Positions 47,858-57,300 of a stretch of DNA of 64,000 nucleotides are shown piece after piece. Below the pieces are notes generated by a model. That model was not told where the DNA came from, searched no databases, and worked only from the letters and a program-made list of their open reading frames with translations. The stretch is taken from sequence record MW812341.1; one strand, given 5' to 3'. The translations under genes and the position numbers were made by a program. Within the stretch, counting starts at the first letter, position 1. Every line of letters begins with the position of its first letter.

Positions 47858-48679
47858 TTAGCTATTCAATTCGCGCAGGTAAGCGATGATGTGTGGTTCG
47901 TTCGCTAACCGTAAACAGTTGTTGACACGATCCATTGTGGTACTGGCATTCCAGCTGTATTTCTCAGCGGTTTTCAATACCACGTTACGCACCTTTCTGT
48001 CCTGCGGGTGAAGCATCACATTGTCACCAAAGAGCGTTAAGAAGCCTTTGTTGAATGGGACGTTGGGTTTGTTGTACATCTTGGTATTCCATTGCAGCTG
48101 GGTTTTCACCTCGCCGGTATGGGATTCCAAGAGCGCCAGGGTTGGAAAATCTTTCACTGCCAGCAAGTCGCACGGGTAGTGGGTTAACAACAGGGTGTTC
48201 TTATCACCTTCGGGATAGACATCAAATACCTGGAAGTCATCGCGACGTGGCTGTTCCAGCAAGAACATTTTGTACACATCCTGTTCCAGAGAATTATAGA
48301 AAACCTGGTTGGGTGTGTTCGCATTACGGAAGGTACCTTTAGGGAACTCGCGGTTCACCTTTTTGTACTCACAGAGGTAAAAGGCACATACCATCGAAGG
48401 AGCCACCGCTCTTGCGGTGGCGAATATATTTTCTATATCTTCTTCGATGCATGTCTTAATTACGTCTGGCGTGAGCCGTTCTCGGTTTTCTTCGAATGCG
48501 TAAAATGCATTGCGGAAAAGCGTACGTAGATTCAGGAACAAAGCCTGATAATCATTGATGGCCAAATCACCATCTCTATCGGCAAACTCGCCTGTGTGCA
48601 ATAAACCTTCCATCGCCAGAGAACCGGCGATTGATATCGGATAGCCCCCAAATTTGCGATCAACGCTTATGGGACTCAT
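47858..48679 (-). CDS. Putative 5'-nuclease (FEN/PIN-like fold) protein
   Basis: LFLNLRTLFRN, LLTHYPCDLL, TLFGDN patterns; coupled to SbcD. Confidence 0.4.
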   Translation of the reverse strand: MSPISVDRKFGGYPISIAGSLAMEGLLHTGEFADRDGDLAINDYQALFLNLRTLFRNAFYAFEENRERLTPDVIKTCIEEDIENIFATARAVAPSMVCAFYLCEYKKVNREFPKGTFRNANTPNQVFYNSLEQDVYKMFLLEQPRRDDFQVFDVYPEGDKNTLLLTHYPCDLLAVKDFPTLALLESHTGEVKTQLQWNTKMYNKPNVPFNKGFLTLFGDNVMLHPQDRKVRNVVLKTAEKYSWNASTTMDRVNNCLRLANEPHIIAYLRELNS

Positions 48680-49863
48680 TGGATACTCCTAACGATATCT
48701 GAAACGATGGGGGGATCGTATTTCATCCCGTTCATCCCTTCTAACAAGATACGCTCGACGTTTTCGGGCGTAATCTTTTCATCTACCGATGCTTCGGTAG
48801 AGAACACTGCGATGAGGCGTTCTTCCTCATCCTTCGTGTTAACACGTTTTCCTTCTATGTGGAATCCGTATTCACGTTTCCATTTGCTAACATGGTCAGC
48901 AATAGGTGAGCCGTTATGATACTCCACTTTAAAGCGGCCTATGGCACGCGATGGGTGTGAGTCAATATAGGCTAAGGCATCCAGACACTCCGCCAGTTGT
49001 GCGGTGTAGTCTTCATTTGCTGCCACTGCACGCATCGGGCACGCAGCTTGGTTAACGAGGAAATAGTTCCTCGCCACGGTTGGTGTGAAGTCGACGAGCG
49101 TCATGCCCTTGTCTTCGTTTTCCCCGTGTGCCAATCTATCCACGCTTCCCATAACGCGGATAAGGCCAAAGACTTTCTCACGGTGGTCATGGCCGATATA
49201 AATACCGAGGCGACAACGTGAAATCCAAAAGTCTTCATCGAACCAATGAGGTGATTCGATTGGTACCTGAAACTTGAAACAGCCATGCATGAAGAAGAAA
49301 TCAACCTTCTCCAATCCACGAGTGGCCATCAGTTCGGCCATCTCTGCTTCGGTGTTCTCTGCTACACGATCCTTGTACTCGTCCTGTACCCAACCAACCG
49401 TTGCCTGTATCGCTTCATCGTAGAACACCCCAATCCCTGCCAGATACAGACAGTCAACCCCAACCGTAATGTTCAGGGCTTCGACAACCTTACTCTGGCC
49501 GTGGTCATGAGACGGTGTACCTTCAATAATGCGTAGCGCGGTTTTCGTGGAACGACACCATTCGAGTAACCAAGTCAGGAAGCCAACAGCTTCCTGCGAT
49601 TCGTCTTGGCGGAGATAACGGGAGTCATCAAATAAGTCCCCCGCTATATAAATTGCATCTAACGTTGTACCACCCGAAAGTATCTTTTCCTTCAATACTT
49701 CGATGATGTGCCAGGTCGGCACACGACGGTGTAGAAGGTGAACATCGGACAACACTAGAATACGACGCACATCAAGAGGCTTTGCGGGAATGTGATAAAT
49801 CTTCTCGATGTGTTTCGCTATTTCCGACCGATTAAAGGTCTTCGCAATCGTCAATTCCGCCAT
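48676..49863 (-). CDS. sbcD: Mre11/SbcD-like metallophosphoesterase nuclease
   Basis: LSDVHL, IAGDLFD, EGTPSHD, FMHG, IGHDH; start MAELT 49863. Confidence 0.85.
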   Translation of the reverse strand: MAELTIAKTFNRSEIAKHIEKIYHIPAKPLDVRRILVLSDVHLLHRRVPTWHIIEVLKEKILSGGTTLDAIYIAGDLFDDSRYLRQDESQEAVGFLTWLLEWCRSTKTALRIIEGTPSHDHGQSKVVEALNITVGVDCLYLAGIGVFYDEAIQATVGWVQDEYKDRVAENTEAEMAELMATRGLEKVDFFFMHGCFKFQVPIESPHWFDEDFWISRCRLGIYIGHDHREKVFGLIRVMGSVDRLAHGENEDKGMTLVDFTPTVARNYFLVNQAACPMRAVAANEDYTAQLAECLDALAYIDSHPSRAIGRFKVEYHNGSPIADHVSKWKREYGFHIEGKRVNTKDEEERLIAVFSTEASVDEKITPENVERILLEGMNGMKYDPPIVSDIVRSIQ

Positions 49864-50503
49864 CACTAACCTCTTCCACTTTATTCGCTGTGGCAGGAGC
49901 AACACCGGATTCAGCTGCGGCCGCAGTCTTTCCTTGCAGGTCTTCCATACCGGCTGGGTAAGCAATACGTCCGGTCAGGCCGTAACGTTCGAAAATCCAG
50001 TTCAGTAACGTGATGACACGGAAGCCGCGCTGGCGGTTGGTTTCGTACATGACTTTGTCAATACCATCTAAGGTACCCACGATCAGGTCATGCTTGGCCT
50101 TTTCGCCAGCGGTAGGCATTTGGATGGAATACTGCTCGATATCCATCGACTCATCAGTCAGCGACGGTTGGCCTTCTACATGCAGTAACGTTTCGCCGGT
50201 GTAGTTCAACGCCGGGATCGTAAACAGCACTTTGGTTACATCATCAGAAACAATCTGACAAGGTACGAATGCCGAACCCACGAAGTTTGTCCAGTTGTTC
50301 TGGTCAAATGTTCCATCAATCAACCCACTCAGGATTGGCAGACCCTGACGACGGAAAGTTGATTCCTGGAAACGAGCATAGGGATCGAGGTGGTCTTTAA
50401 TGTCCTGCTCTACACCCAATGCACGGTCAAGTGCGTAGATGTGTTGCGGGTCCATCAGATCACGCTGATACATCTCCCCATTTTCCATCTTTTCTTCGGA
50501 CAT
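49832..50503 (-). CDS. Conserved hypothetical protein (223 aa)
   Basis: Coupled ORF. Confidence 0.7.
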   Translation of the reverse strand: MSEEKMENGEMYQRDLMDPQHIYALDRALGVEQDIKDHLDPYARFQESTFRRQGLPILSGLIDGTFDQNNWTNFVGSAFVPCQIVSDDVTKVLFTIPALNYTGETLLHVEGQPSLTDESMDIEQYSIQMPTAGEKAKHDLIVGTLDGIDKVMYETNRQRGFRVITLLNWIFERYGLTGRIAYPAGMEDLQGKTAAAAESGVAPATANKVEEVSDGGIDDCEDL

Positions 50504-50880
50504 TAGATTGCTCCCGTTTTATCCACTTCTAGCGCTCTGGTTGAATCGTACCATTCGCCATTAACCATGACACGTAAGCTGATATCGATACTGTATTTGA
50601 TTTGGTTGCTGTCGATGAACCGATAGGTCACATCACAACTCACACCTTCCGGGAACACATTCCCGTATAAACGTTTCAAATCTGTTTCGACCTGCTGCGC
50701 TAAGTAATCTGGCTGCTGTGCATATTGCGCACATGCCCAAGCGTACGATTTAATGTTGTTCCGATAAATCACCGACTGGCTATAACCTGCCTCTGTATAG
50801 TGATTCATCAGTTCCGTAACTTTTTCCTTGGTGGTCTTAGCCCAACCTCGGGTTGAAAGGGTGCCTACTGCGATAACCAT
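50503..50880 (-). CDS. T4 gp25-like baseplate wedge / sheath initiator
   Basis: 125 aa; helix LAQQVETDLKRLY followed by beta strands CDVTYRF, YSIDISLRV. Confidence 0.5.
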   Translation of the reverse strand: MVIAVGTLSTRGWAKTTKEKVTELMNHYTEAGYSQSVIYRNNIKSYAWACAQYAQQPDYLAQQVETDLKRLYGNVFPEGVSCDVTYRFIDSNQIKYSIDISLRVMVNGEWYDSTRALEVDKTGAI

Positions 50881-50999
50881 GATACGCTCCTGTGAAGTAA
50901 ACCCAACATAAGATCTGTCAGCTTACAGAGCGCGGTGATACATGGACGCTCGGCTACTCAAATCAATTACCCATTACGTATAATTTCCGCGAACAGTTT

Positions 51000-51045
51000 A
51001 AAGAAAAAAATAGAAAGAGAGGGGATGCCTAATCCCCTCCCTCAC
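51000..51045 (-). terminator. Terminator
   Basis: GAGGGGAT/ATCCCCTC stem plus U tract. Confidence 0.75.
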
Positions 51046-51054
51046 TACATTACA

Positions 51055-51642
51055 TTAACACGATGCGTTCATCTCGGAACACGGGTCAGCGTCTTCCCAA
51101 TCAAAATCACGCATACGTGCTCGGTTAATACCCAGGTCAACACGTTCGATAGTCGTGAGACGATGTTGGCGATCTTCATTGGACACCCAGTGCCAAATCT
51201 TATCTTCATCGTACTCAGTTGAGAAGTCAGACGTCATTTCACGATAGTTGTCGTCGGTGTGCATGTACGCATTACCACGGAACTTATCGTCTTGAGAGAA
51301 GCCTGTTTCATAACCGGTTGCCAAATTCGCATTATACAGCTTGCGATACTCAGGCATTGCCACCAGGAATGGTTGAAGCAGAGAGTTGGCATGTTGGAAT
51401 TCACCAATGTCCGTCAACTGTCTGATTACTTCGGTACCATCCGTATTCTGGAGTTTACGCATTGCCGCGCTAGTTTTACGGAACACATCCAGGGACATCA
51501 GTTCCTTTTTGTGCTCCATAACGCGGTCAAGCATATCCGGTGCTACTCGCGATATATCGAACGATTGCTGGAAGAAGTCGAACGTCCCGCCACCTTGCTG
51601 TTGCTTTGTAAACGCAGTGGTCAGATTATTCCACATTCCCAT
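51055..51642 (-). CDS. Conserved core protein downstream of nvRNAP beta' N-terminal gene
   Basis: 195 aa, AGGAG SD. Confidence 0.7.
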   Translation of the reverse strand: MGMWNNLTTAFTKQQQGGGTFDFFQQSFDISRVAPDMLDRVMEHKKELMSLDVFRKTSAAMRKLQNTDGTEVIRQLTDIGEFQHANSLLQPFLVAMPEYRKLYNANLATGYETGFSQDDKFRGNAYMHTDDNYREMTSDFSTEYDEDKIWHWVSNEDRQHRLTTIERVDLGINRARMRDFDWEDADPCSEMNASC

Positions 51643-51657
51643 ACATCACTCCTACAG

Positions 51658-53265
51658 TTAAAGATCTTCGAGTGCCATACCCATTTCTTCATCCTCATCT
51701 GCCTCGATAAGGAATCGGTTTTGCATACTAATCAATTCGCTGTGCAAGACCATACCACGCTCTACTTCGTTCACATTGGTAGAGGACATGAAACCATTGT
51801 CTGGACGGTACGCCATTGCGAGATCGATTTCGCGTTGGTCTGTCGGACGGTATACCATGAGCTGGTCGCCATCGAAGTCGGCGTTCGCCATCTTGATAAC
51901 GCGGTCCGAGATACGAATAGAACACTGGTTTACATCGGTGACGATTTCATCTATCCACAATGCCTGAATGGACAGCTGTACCAAGGTAGGGTTACGAAGT
52001 GGTAACACCAGTATCCCCAATCCGCCCGGAGATTCCTTAATAAGCTCTTTGAAGATTTCATCGACCAATGGGTCATATTGCATCGCTGCTTTCGCTACGA
52101 TACGTTCACACTGTCGCGAAGTATATCCGCGATCCATCAGCTTACTTTCGATATCAACCGATAGCAACCCTACAGACCAACGCCACGGCGCTTTCAGCTT
52201 CCACGCATCATGCGGAGAAGCAATCGGCGAAATGGTTGCACGGCCAGAGTTACAGACGTGTGTGGAACTTACCTTGGCGCGATAACCACCAGGTTTCTGT
52301 TCTAAGTTCTCACGACGGAAGTCAATATAGAAGTACGCCAGTTGACGGTTCGCTTTCAACGCACGACTAATCATAAACCGTGGGTCTACGGCACGCTTAC
52401 GAGTGTAAAGCTGCGCGATGTTCTTCACCGCATCAATTGCGGATGTGTACACCGGGTCAATCATCACACCACGACGTCCTTCTTCCGACACAATCAGCTT
52501 CGATGAAATGACCGGCAGATGTCTCGGGAACATGGCAGATGCTTGGCTTTCGAATAACCGTTTCCATTGGTCACGAAGCACTTCACTCTCGGTACTGTTG
52601 TTACGTTGAGGCGGATAGATTTCTCGCCACGATTCTGGTTTGGTTAAGATCTCGAAGATCGTCTTGTGGTGGTCTACGAAATAATGAATACCACGGCGGA
52701 TGCCATGCTCTTCCATTATACGTTTCACAACCTGTGCACGTTTCGAGTCCGGCTCATCGCTCCGATAGTACGGATCGAGGAACCACATCATCAAATCAGA
52801 ACCATTACCAACGCCTACTTTATTGCGGTCAAATTTGCGAATCTTCTTGGTATTGAAGAACGCATTGAACATTGCCCAGAAACGCGGGTTTACAAAATGC
52901 CCAATCTCGTCGGGAGCACGCATCCATACATCGGACTCAATTCTGTTTTCCGTTACGCGGAAGCCACAACATGGACATACCTTACCCAGGTTATAACGAT
53001 GCGCTGTCGGATTCTCGCACAGGATGTCGCAAATAGGAGTCGAATTAAGTTGCTCACCAACGATACGATTCTGCACCAACAGGTCAATTTGTTCAGCTAC
53101 CCGGATTGGGTCGCCGCCGATCGCAATGTCGTTGATAATAGTAGGCGGTTTAATTCTTTTAGCGTCCGCTTCAATCATCAAGTCAAGGAGATACTTGTCC
53201 TGACTTTCCAGTCGCCCGGAAATACCATAAAATCTTGGTGCTTTCTGCATTTCAACCTCAAGCAA
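51658..53265 (-). CDS. Non-virion RNAP beta' N-terminal catalytic subunit (phiKZ gp55-56.1-like), uninterrupted
   Basis: NADFDGD catalytic motif, N-terminal Cys zinc finger (CDILC..CPCCG), RATISP, LRNPTL; start approximate. Confidence 0.92.
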   Translation of the reverse strand: MLEVEMQKAPRFYGISGRLESQDKYLLDLMIEADAKRIKPPTIINDIAIGGDPIRVAEQIDLLVQNRIVGEQLNSTPICDILCENPTAHRYNLGKVCPCCGFRVTENRIESDVWMRAPDEIGHFVNPRFWAMFNAFFNTKKIRKFDRNKVGVGNGSDLMMWFLDPYYRSDEPDSKRAQVVKRIMEEHGIRRGIHYFVDHHKTIFEILTKPESWREIYPPQRNNSTESEVLRDQWKRLFESQASAMFPRHLPVISSKLIVSEEGRRGVMIDPVYTSAIDAVKNIAQLYTRKRAVDPRFMISRALKANRQLAYFYIDFRRENLEQKPGGYRAKVSSTHVCNSGRATISPIASPHDAWKLKAPWRWSVGLLSVDIESKLMDRGYTSRQCERIVAKAAMQYDPLVDEIFKELIKESPGGLGILVLPLRNPTLVQLSIQALWIDEIVTDVNQCSIRISDRVIKMANADFDGDQLMVYRPTDQREIDLAMAYRPDNGFMSSTNVNEVERGMVLHSELISMQNRFLIEADEDEEMGMALEDL

Positions 53266-53310
53266 AAAAAGAGGGGAGGGTGAGAGCTATTGCTCCCACC
53301 CCATCCTTGA
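53265..53310 (-). terminator. Terminator after chimallin gene
   Basis: GGGTGAGAGC/GCTCCCACCC stem plus U tract. Confidence 0.65.
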
Positions 53311-53318
53311 CTACGCGA

Positions 53319-55124
53319 TTACAGGTTGTAATCGCCCAGCGTCACGCCCAGACCGAAGTCGGACAGACCACCAGTTGCGCCATTGCCTGACAGAATCAGA
53401 GACTGACCACCGTTGTTGTAGAACAGGGAAGTTTCCATTTCGTTGTAAGCGTTGACGCCGTTAAGCTGCCAGCCTGCTTTCTCACGTACTTTATCCAGTA
53501 CGCAACGAGCGAAGGTTGGGTTGATTGCCATGTCCAGCGTTTCGCCAGTCAGACGCAGCTGACGGTTGCCGTACATGCCAGAGTACAGCTTAGCCAGGTA
53601 GATACGCTGTGCTTTGGATTCCAGCTCACGGTTCTGGTAAGACTGAGCGTGAACGAAACGCATGACGTCAGCTTGCTTGTCACCCAGGAATGAGGTCACT
53701 GCAATCAGGTCACCGTCCTGTACAGAACGCTTAGTACCAGCACCGCTGTAGATACCAGCGATACCCGGAACGGCTGCTGCCACGATGTGCTGTGGTTTCA
53801 GCTCAGTTACACCCAGGGCATTGGCCAGGTATTTACGGAACGGCTCAGAAGAACCTTTAGAGAACATCGCATCACAGATGTTCATCAGCTGGCCCAGAGA
53901 GTTCAGGTTACCCACGCCGATTTCAGCCATCAGGTTAGACAGACCACCTACGCCGTTACCAGCACGATGGTTGATTACCAGTGCGGCAGAAGACGGTGCG
54001 AACACTTTCAGTGCCTGGTCGATGTGCTCACGATTCTTATCCAGTTTGGACAGGTCAGGAACACCTTCGGTACCCCAGCTCAGGTAAGACGCCAGAGCGG
54101 AGAACTTGCGATCGGTTGTGTTCAGCGTATTGATGAACATGTCACGCCAGCCGCCGTTCTGTGCGATTTCCGCGAAGCCTGCCAGAGTTACCAGCTGACG
54201 TTCGTACGGAGCACGGGAGCCACGAGCCTGAGAGTCGATGAGGGAAACTACAACTTCACCCTGCACCTGTTTCAGGTCTTGTACGCCGTTCTGGCCGATT
54301 GGTTTCAGACCAGTGAAGCGCAAGTTGATGTAACCAGCTGCACGTACCGGTGGGAACTCGGTAGCCGCAGAGCTGTCCAGCAGAGTCGGGTCATCCTGAT
54401 TCTGGTTAGACGGAGTGTGCTCTACGTACACTGCGAAGTCGGCACGGTTCGGGTGACCGTTGTCGTCCATTGCAATGCCAGTCTCTGGAGCAGCAACGTT
54501 GACCAGGAAGCGGTCAGATTTGCTCAGAGTCATGTTACCCAGCCAGCCCGGTACACGGCCGAAGATACCCAGCAGCATTTGGCCCATCAGGGACTGTGCC
54601 CATTCAGCGCTCATGCGGTGGTCGGAGATATCCGGCACGGTGTTGGTCAGCATGTAGTGAACGTTCTCAACGCCGGTGTTGGCGATGGCCGCTTCTACTT
54701 TATCCAGAACTGGACGGTTGATCAGGTCTACCAGAGTGTAGTAGGTTTCCTGATGGTTAGGCAGTTCCTGGAAACGCATGGATTGGCCTTTCTCGAAGAA
54801 CAGCAGACCGTACAGCCATGAGCCGTTATAGTCGCCTGCAACGAATGCGGCAGAACCCATTTCCGGCGCGATACCATCGACAACGCCGTATTTAAAGAGG
54901 GACAGTTTGTCATTCTTCTCTGCGGCCTCGTTAAGTGCTTTAACGAAATCGCCAGCCATGCTGCTGGAAGAAGACCAGTCGAATGCACGGTCGAACACAC
55001 CGCTGTAGTCAGTGGTAGTTGCGGTCGGCTTAGTTTTGGCGGTGCCCAGGTCACCGAGACCAGAGGTAGCGGTGTTAGAAGCTGCTGATGCTGCGCCAGT
55101 GTTTTCTTCTACGATTTTAACCAT
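53319..55124 (-). CDS. chmA: Chimallin, phage nuclear shell protein (phiKZ gp54-like)
   Basis: ~601 aa from MVKIVEEN (AAGGA SD); immediately upstream of the nvRNAP beta' gene; strong codon bias; early promoter. Confidence 0.8.
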   Translation of the reverse strand: MVKIVEENTGAASAASNTATSGLGDLGTAKTKPTATTTDYSGVFDRAFDWSSSSSMAGDFVKALNEAAEKNDKLSLFKYGVVDGIAPEMGSAAFVAGDYNGSWLYGLLFFEKGQSMRFQELPNHQETYYTLVDLINRPVLDKVEAAIANTGVENVHYMLTNTVPDISDHRMSAEWAQSLMGQMLLGIFGRVPGWLGNMTLSKSDRFLVNVAAPETGIAMDDNGHPNRADFAVYVEHTPSNQNQDDPTLLDSSAATEFPPVRAAGYINLRFTGLKPIGQNGVQDLKQVQGEVVVSLIDSQARGSRAPYERQLVTLAGFAEIAQNGGWRDMFINTLNTTDRKFSALASYLSWGTEGVPDLSKLDKNREHIDQALKVFAPSSAALVINHRAGNGVGGLSNLMAEIGVGNLNSLGQLMNICDAMFSKGSSEPFRKYLANALGVTELKPQHIVAAAVPGIAGIYSGAGTKRSVQDGDLIAVTSFLGDKQADVMRFVHAQSYQNRELESKAQRIYLAKLYSGMYGNRQLRLTGETLDMAINPTFARCVLDKVREKAGWQLNGVNAYNEMETSLFYNNGGQSLILSGNGATGGLSDFGLGVTLGDYNL

Positions 55125-55170
55125 GGTATTTATATTCCTTGATAAGTAATTTACAGTATAGAGTTCACAG

Positions 55171-55192
55171 CGATAATATCTGGCTGAGATAT
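55171..55192 (-). promoter_or_regulatory. Early promoter motif
   Basis: Minus strand ATATCTCAGCCAGATATTATCG. Confidence 0.6.
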
Positions 55193-55325
55193 AATGGAAT
55201 GCAAGTAAGCCGTCGCCTATTGAATACCACGGACAGTAAGATATGCCGGAACTGTCACATTGATAATATACATCTGTAATTTTTTTGAAAGTGACCGTTC
55301 CTATGTGGTAACACAGGAGACCGTC

Positions 55326-56396
55326 ATGTTCAGTCAAGCCGAATTAAAGCAAGTGGAGATTAAAGGTCATACAGCAGACCCTTCCGCTATACAATTAGGT
55401 AGTCTTGTAAAAAATAACCACCAACGTATTCGCAACCACTTCGACTCGGTACAGACCCGCGTAGCATCCGGTCATCTCGTCCTTCAGGTACTGTCCCAGG
55501 TGGGCTATGCTGGCGAACCCGACTACGAGGATATCGAGTGGGCTTGCCGACGTCGCTTGGTGGGAATTGGAAACGCTATGCGTCTCACTTCCGTCGGGGA
55601 GTTTGGCCAGGTGTTTAACGGAGCGTTTATCGAAGGCCAGGATGAGATTATCTCTCTTGTGGCCAGACCGATTGACCCCGAGTTGTCCTTCCGCGAATAC
55701 ACACCGGTTCGCTACTTATATCACGAGTACACCAATTTGAATTGGCAGCTCGGTAATGGTAAGCCGCGTGGGGTGAGTATCATCGAGATTAATCTCGTCG
55801 AACTGTTGTGGCAATACGCCAAAGCAGAGATTTACTACCGCAACATTAAGGAGCCCATTACTACGCCGGTATATGCCTGGCGACACGTTATCAGCAGGAT
55901 GTTACCGTCGTATATGGACATCGCGTTCCTCAACATCCACCGCGCAATCGCAGCGGGAAGAGACGTGGAACCCGAACAACCGGTCAGGACAGTTCCGGTA
56001 CCGCCACTCCGCGACTTAGCAATACGTAATGCGACAAACATCCGCAAGGTATTACTGGCCGCTAACCCGTTACCGGGTGTAGTGCTGGCACACGTTCCTC
56101 AGTTCTTTAATCGCCCTGGTGAGACCCGTACCGCAATTGACCGTATCTTATTCCGTGACTCCGGCAGTACAACGCAAGGGTCATGGCATTTGAGTCTGGT
56201 TAACTGGAGCTGGATGCATTACTGCCTCAGCTATGATGCGGGCGTCATGAGTAAGTTCAAGAAAGAGCTGTCGTACGACCTGGATCGATTTATGGACCTC
56301 AAAGTTCTGAACAAGTTACCGAAGGCGATATACAATCACTATCGGCATACATTGTTCAGGCCACTCGGAGACCAGATTGCAGAATCGGGAAAATAG
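55326..56396 (+). CDS. Conserved core protein (phiKZ gp52-like position)
   Basis: AGGAG SD before MFSQAEL 55326; divergent from chmA. Confidence 0.7.
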   Translation: MFSQAELKQVEIKGHTADPSAIQLGSLVKNNHQRIRNHFDSVQTRVASGHLVLQVLSQVGYAGEPDYEDIEWACRRRLVGIGNAMRLTSVGEFGQVFNGAFIEGQDEIISLVARPIDPELSFREYTPVRYLYHEYTNLNWQLGNGKPRGVSIIEINLVELLWQYAKAEIYYRNIKEPITTPVYAWRHVISRMLPSYMDIAFLNIHRAIAAGRDVEPEQPVRTVPVPPLRDLAIRNATNIRKVLLAANPLPGVVLAHVPQFFNRPGETRTAIDRILFRDSGSTTQGSWHLSLVNWSWMHYCLSYDAGVMSKFKKELSYDLDRFMDLKVLNKLPKAIYNHYRHTLFRPLGDQIAESGK

Positions 56397-56436
56397 TCCC
56401 CTCGTCCGCACACTGTTTCCAGTGTACATATAATAG

Positions 56437-56482
56437 GGAAAATAACTGCATCCTTCGGGATGCAGTTTCCCTTTATTTTTTT
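56437..56482. terminator. Terminator between convergent genes
   Basis: AACTGCATCC-TTCG-GGATGCAGTT plus T tract. Confidence 0.8.
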
Positions 56483-56964
56483 GTCTGGTAGTACGCGATG
56501 TTCAACGTAGTGCAGACATGGCCGATATTCTCGTCCGTAAAGCGAGTGTTCTGGTATTTCCCCTCTGGGGTGATGACCAGGAAGTCCACTTCCACTAAAC
56601 GGTTAGGTGCATTCAGGGCTGGACCACGACAATCTTCTGTCAGTACGACCCGGTGTTTAATGTCCGGTAGAGTACGCAAGTATTCCGCTAACGCTTCTTC
56701 CCGCGTGGGGAAACCTTTCTCGTAATCAACATCCTCAAGATCGGTATAATCCAACACCGCCAGATAACGGTAGTTCGCTTCTTCCATTAAACGTTTGGCC
56801 AAGCCAGAGTTCGGACTCAGCTCAACAACAACCGTAGTGCCCTTCCCACCGGGTTGGTATACACGATTAGCCTGTGGCATACGGAAACCACGGATGCTAC
56901 GTTCATCCGCATCCACACGTTTGGTGTACGCAAGCATCGTCTTTATATCTTTATCCCTGGCCAT
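56473..56964 (-). CDS. Hypothetical protein (163 aa)
   Basis: GGAG SD. Confidence 0.75.
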   Translation of the reverse strand: MARDKDIKTMLAYTKRVDADERSIRGFRMPQANRVYQPGGKGTTVVVELSPNSGLAKRLMEEANYRYLAVLDYTDLEDVDYEKGFPTREEALAEYLRTLPDIKHRVVLTEDCRGPALNAPNRLVEVDFLVITPEGKYQNTRFTDENIGHVCTTLNIAYYQTKK

Positions 56965-56968
56965 CTAC

Positions 56969-57160
56969 TTACGCTCCATTAGCGTAGGGTTTACCAATCA
57001 CCTGGACGCCCTTTTTCTTTTTAGGGTCGTCGGCTGTAACATGAACTGTTTCACCGCTGCTGTGGAGAACTATATTCTCACAACCCCGTTCTTTCAGATC
57101 GTCAATGATACCACGAGCCATTTCACTCGCTTTCTTTGGATCACGATACGCCATCATCAC
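56969..57160 (-). CDS. Small hypothetical protein (63 aa)
   Basis: GGGAG SD. Confidence 0.65.
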   Translation of the reverse strand: MMMAYRDPKKASEMARGIIDDLKERGCENIVLHSSGETVHVTADDPKKKKGVQVIGKPYANGA

Positions 57161-57290
57161 TCCCTAACTTTTCCAAAGCAGCACGATAACCGGTATCATG
57201 CTCAGCACGTTTAATGATAGCCGATATCTGCTCAGTAATAGCTACACGCACCGCTTCTGGATCGGGTATGTTTCTTACCACATCGAGTAG
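57141..57290 (-). CDS. Possible small protein after the polymerase gene (start uncertain)
   Basis: Fills the gap; protein-like helical sequence in ORF 57141-57371. Confidence 0.4.
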   Translation of the reverse strand, partial: LLDVVRNIPDPEAVRVAITEQISAIIKRAEHDTGYRAALEKLGSDDGVS

Positions 57291-57300
57291 GTCATGCGTA

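Noticed and set aside
50935-51222. 95-aa + strand ORF across the terminator
   Set aside because: It runs through a terminator and antisense to a real gene; no SD.
53787-54821. 344-aa + strand ORF opposite chmA
   Set aside because: Antisense shadow of a highly expressed gene.
55125-55337. N-terminal extension of the chmA ORF (MTEHDG...)
   Set aside because: It spans the promoter and intergenic DNA; the real start is 55124 with an SD.
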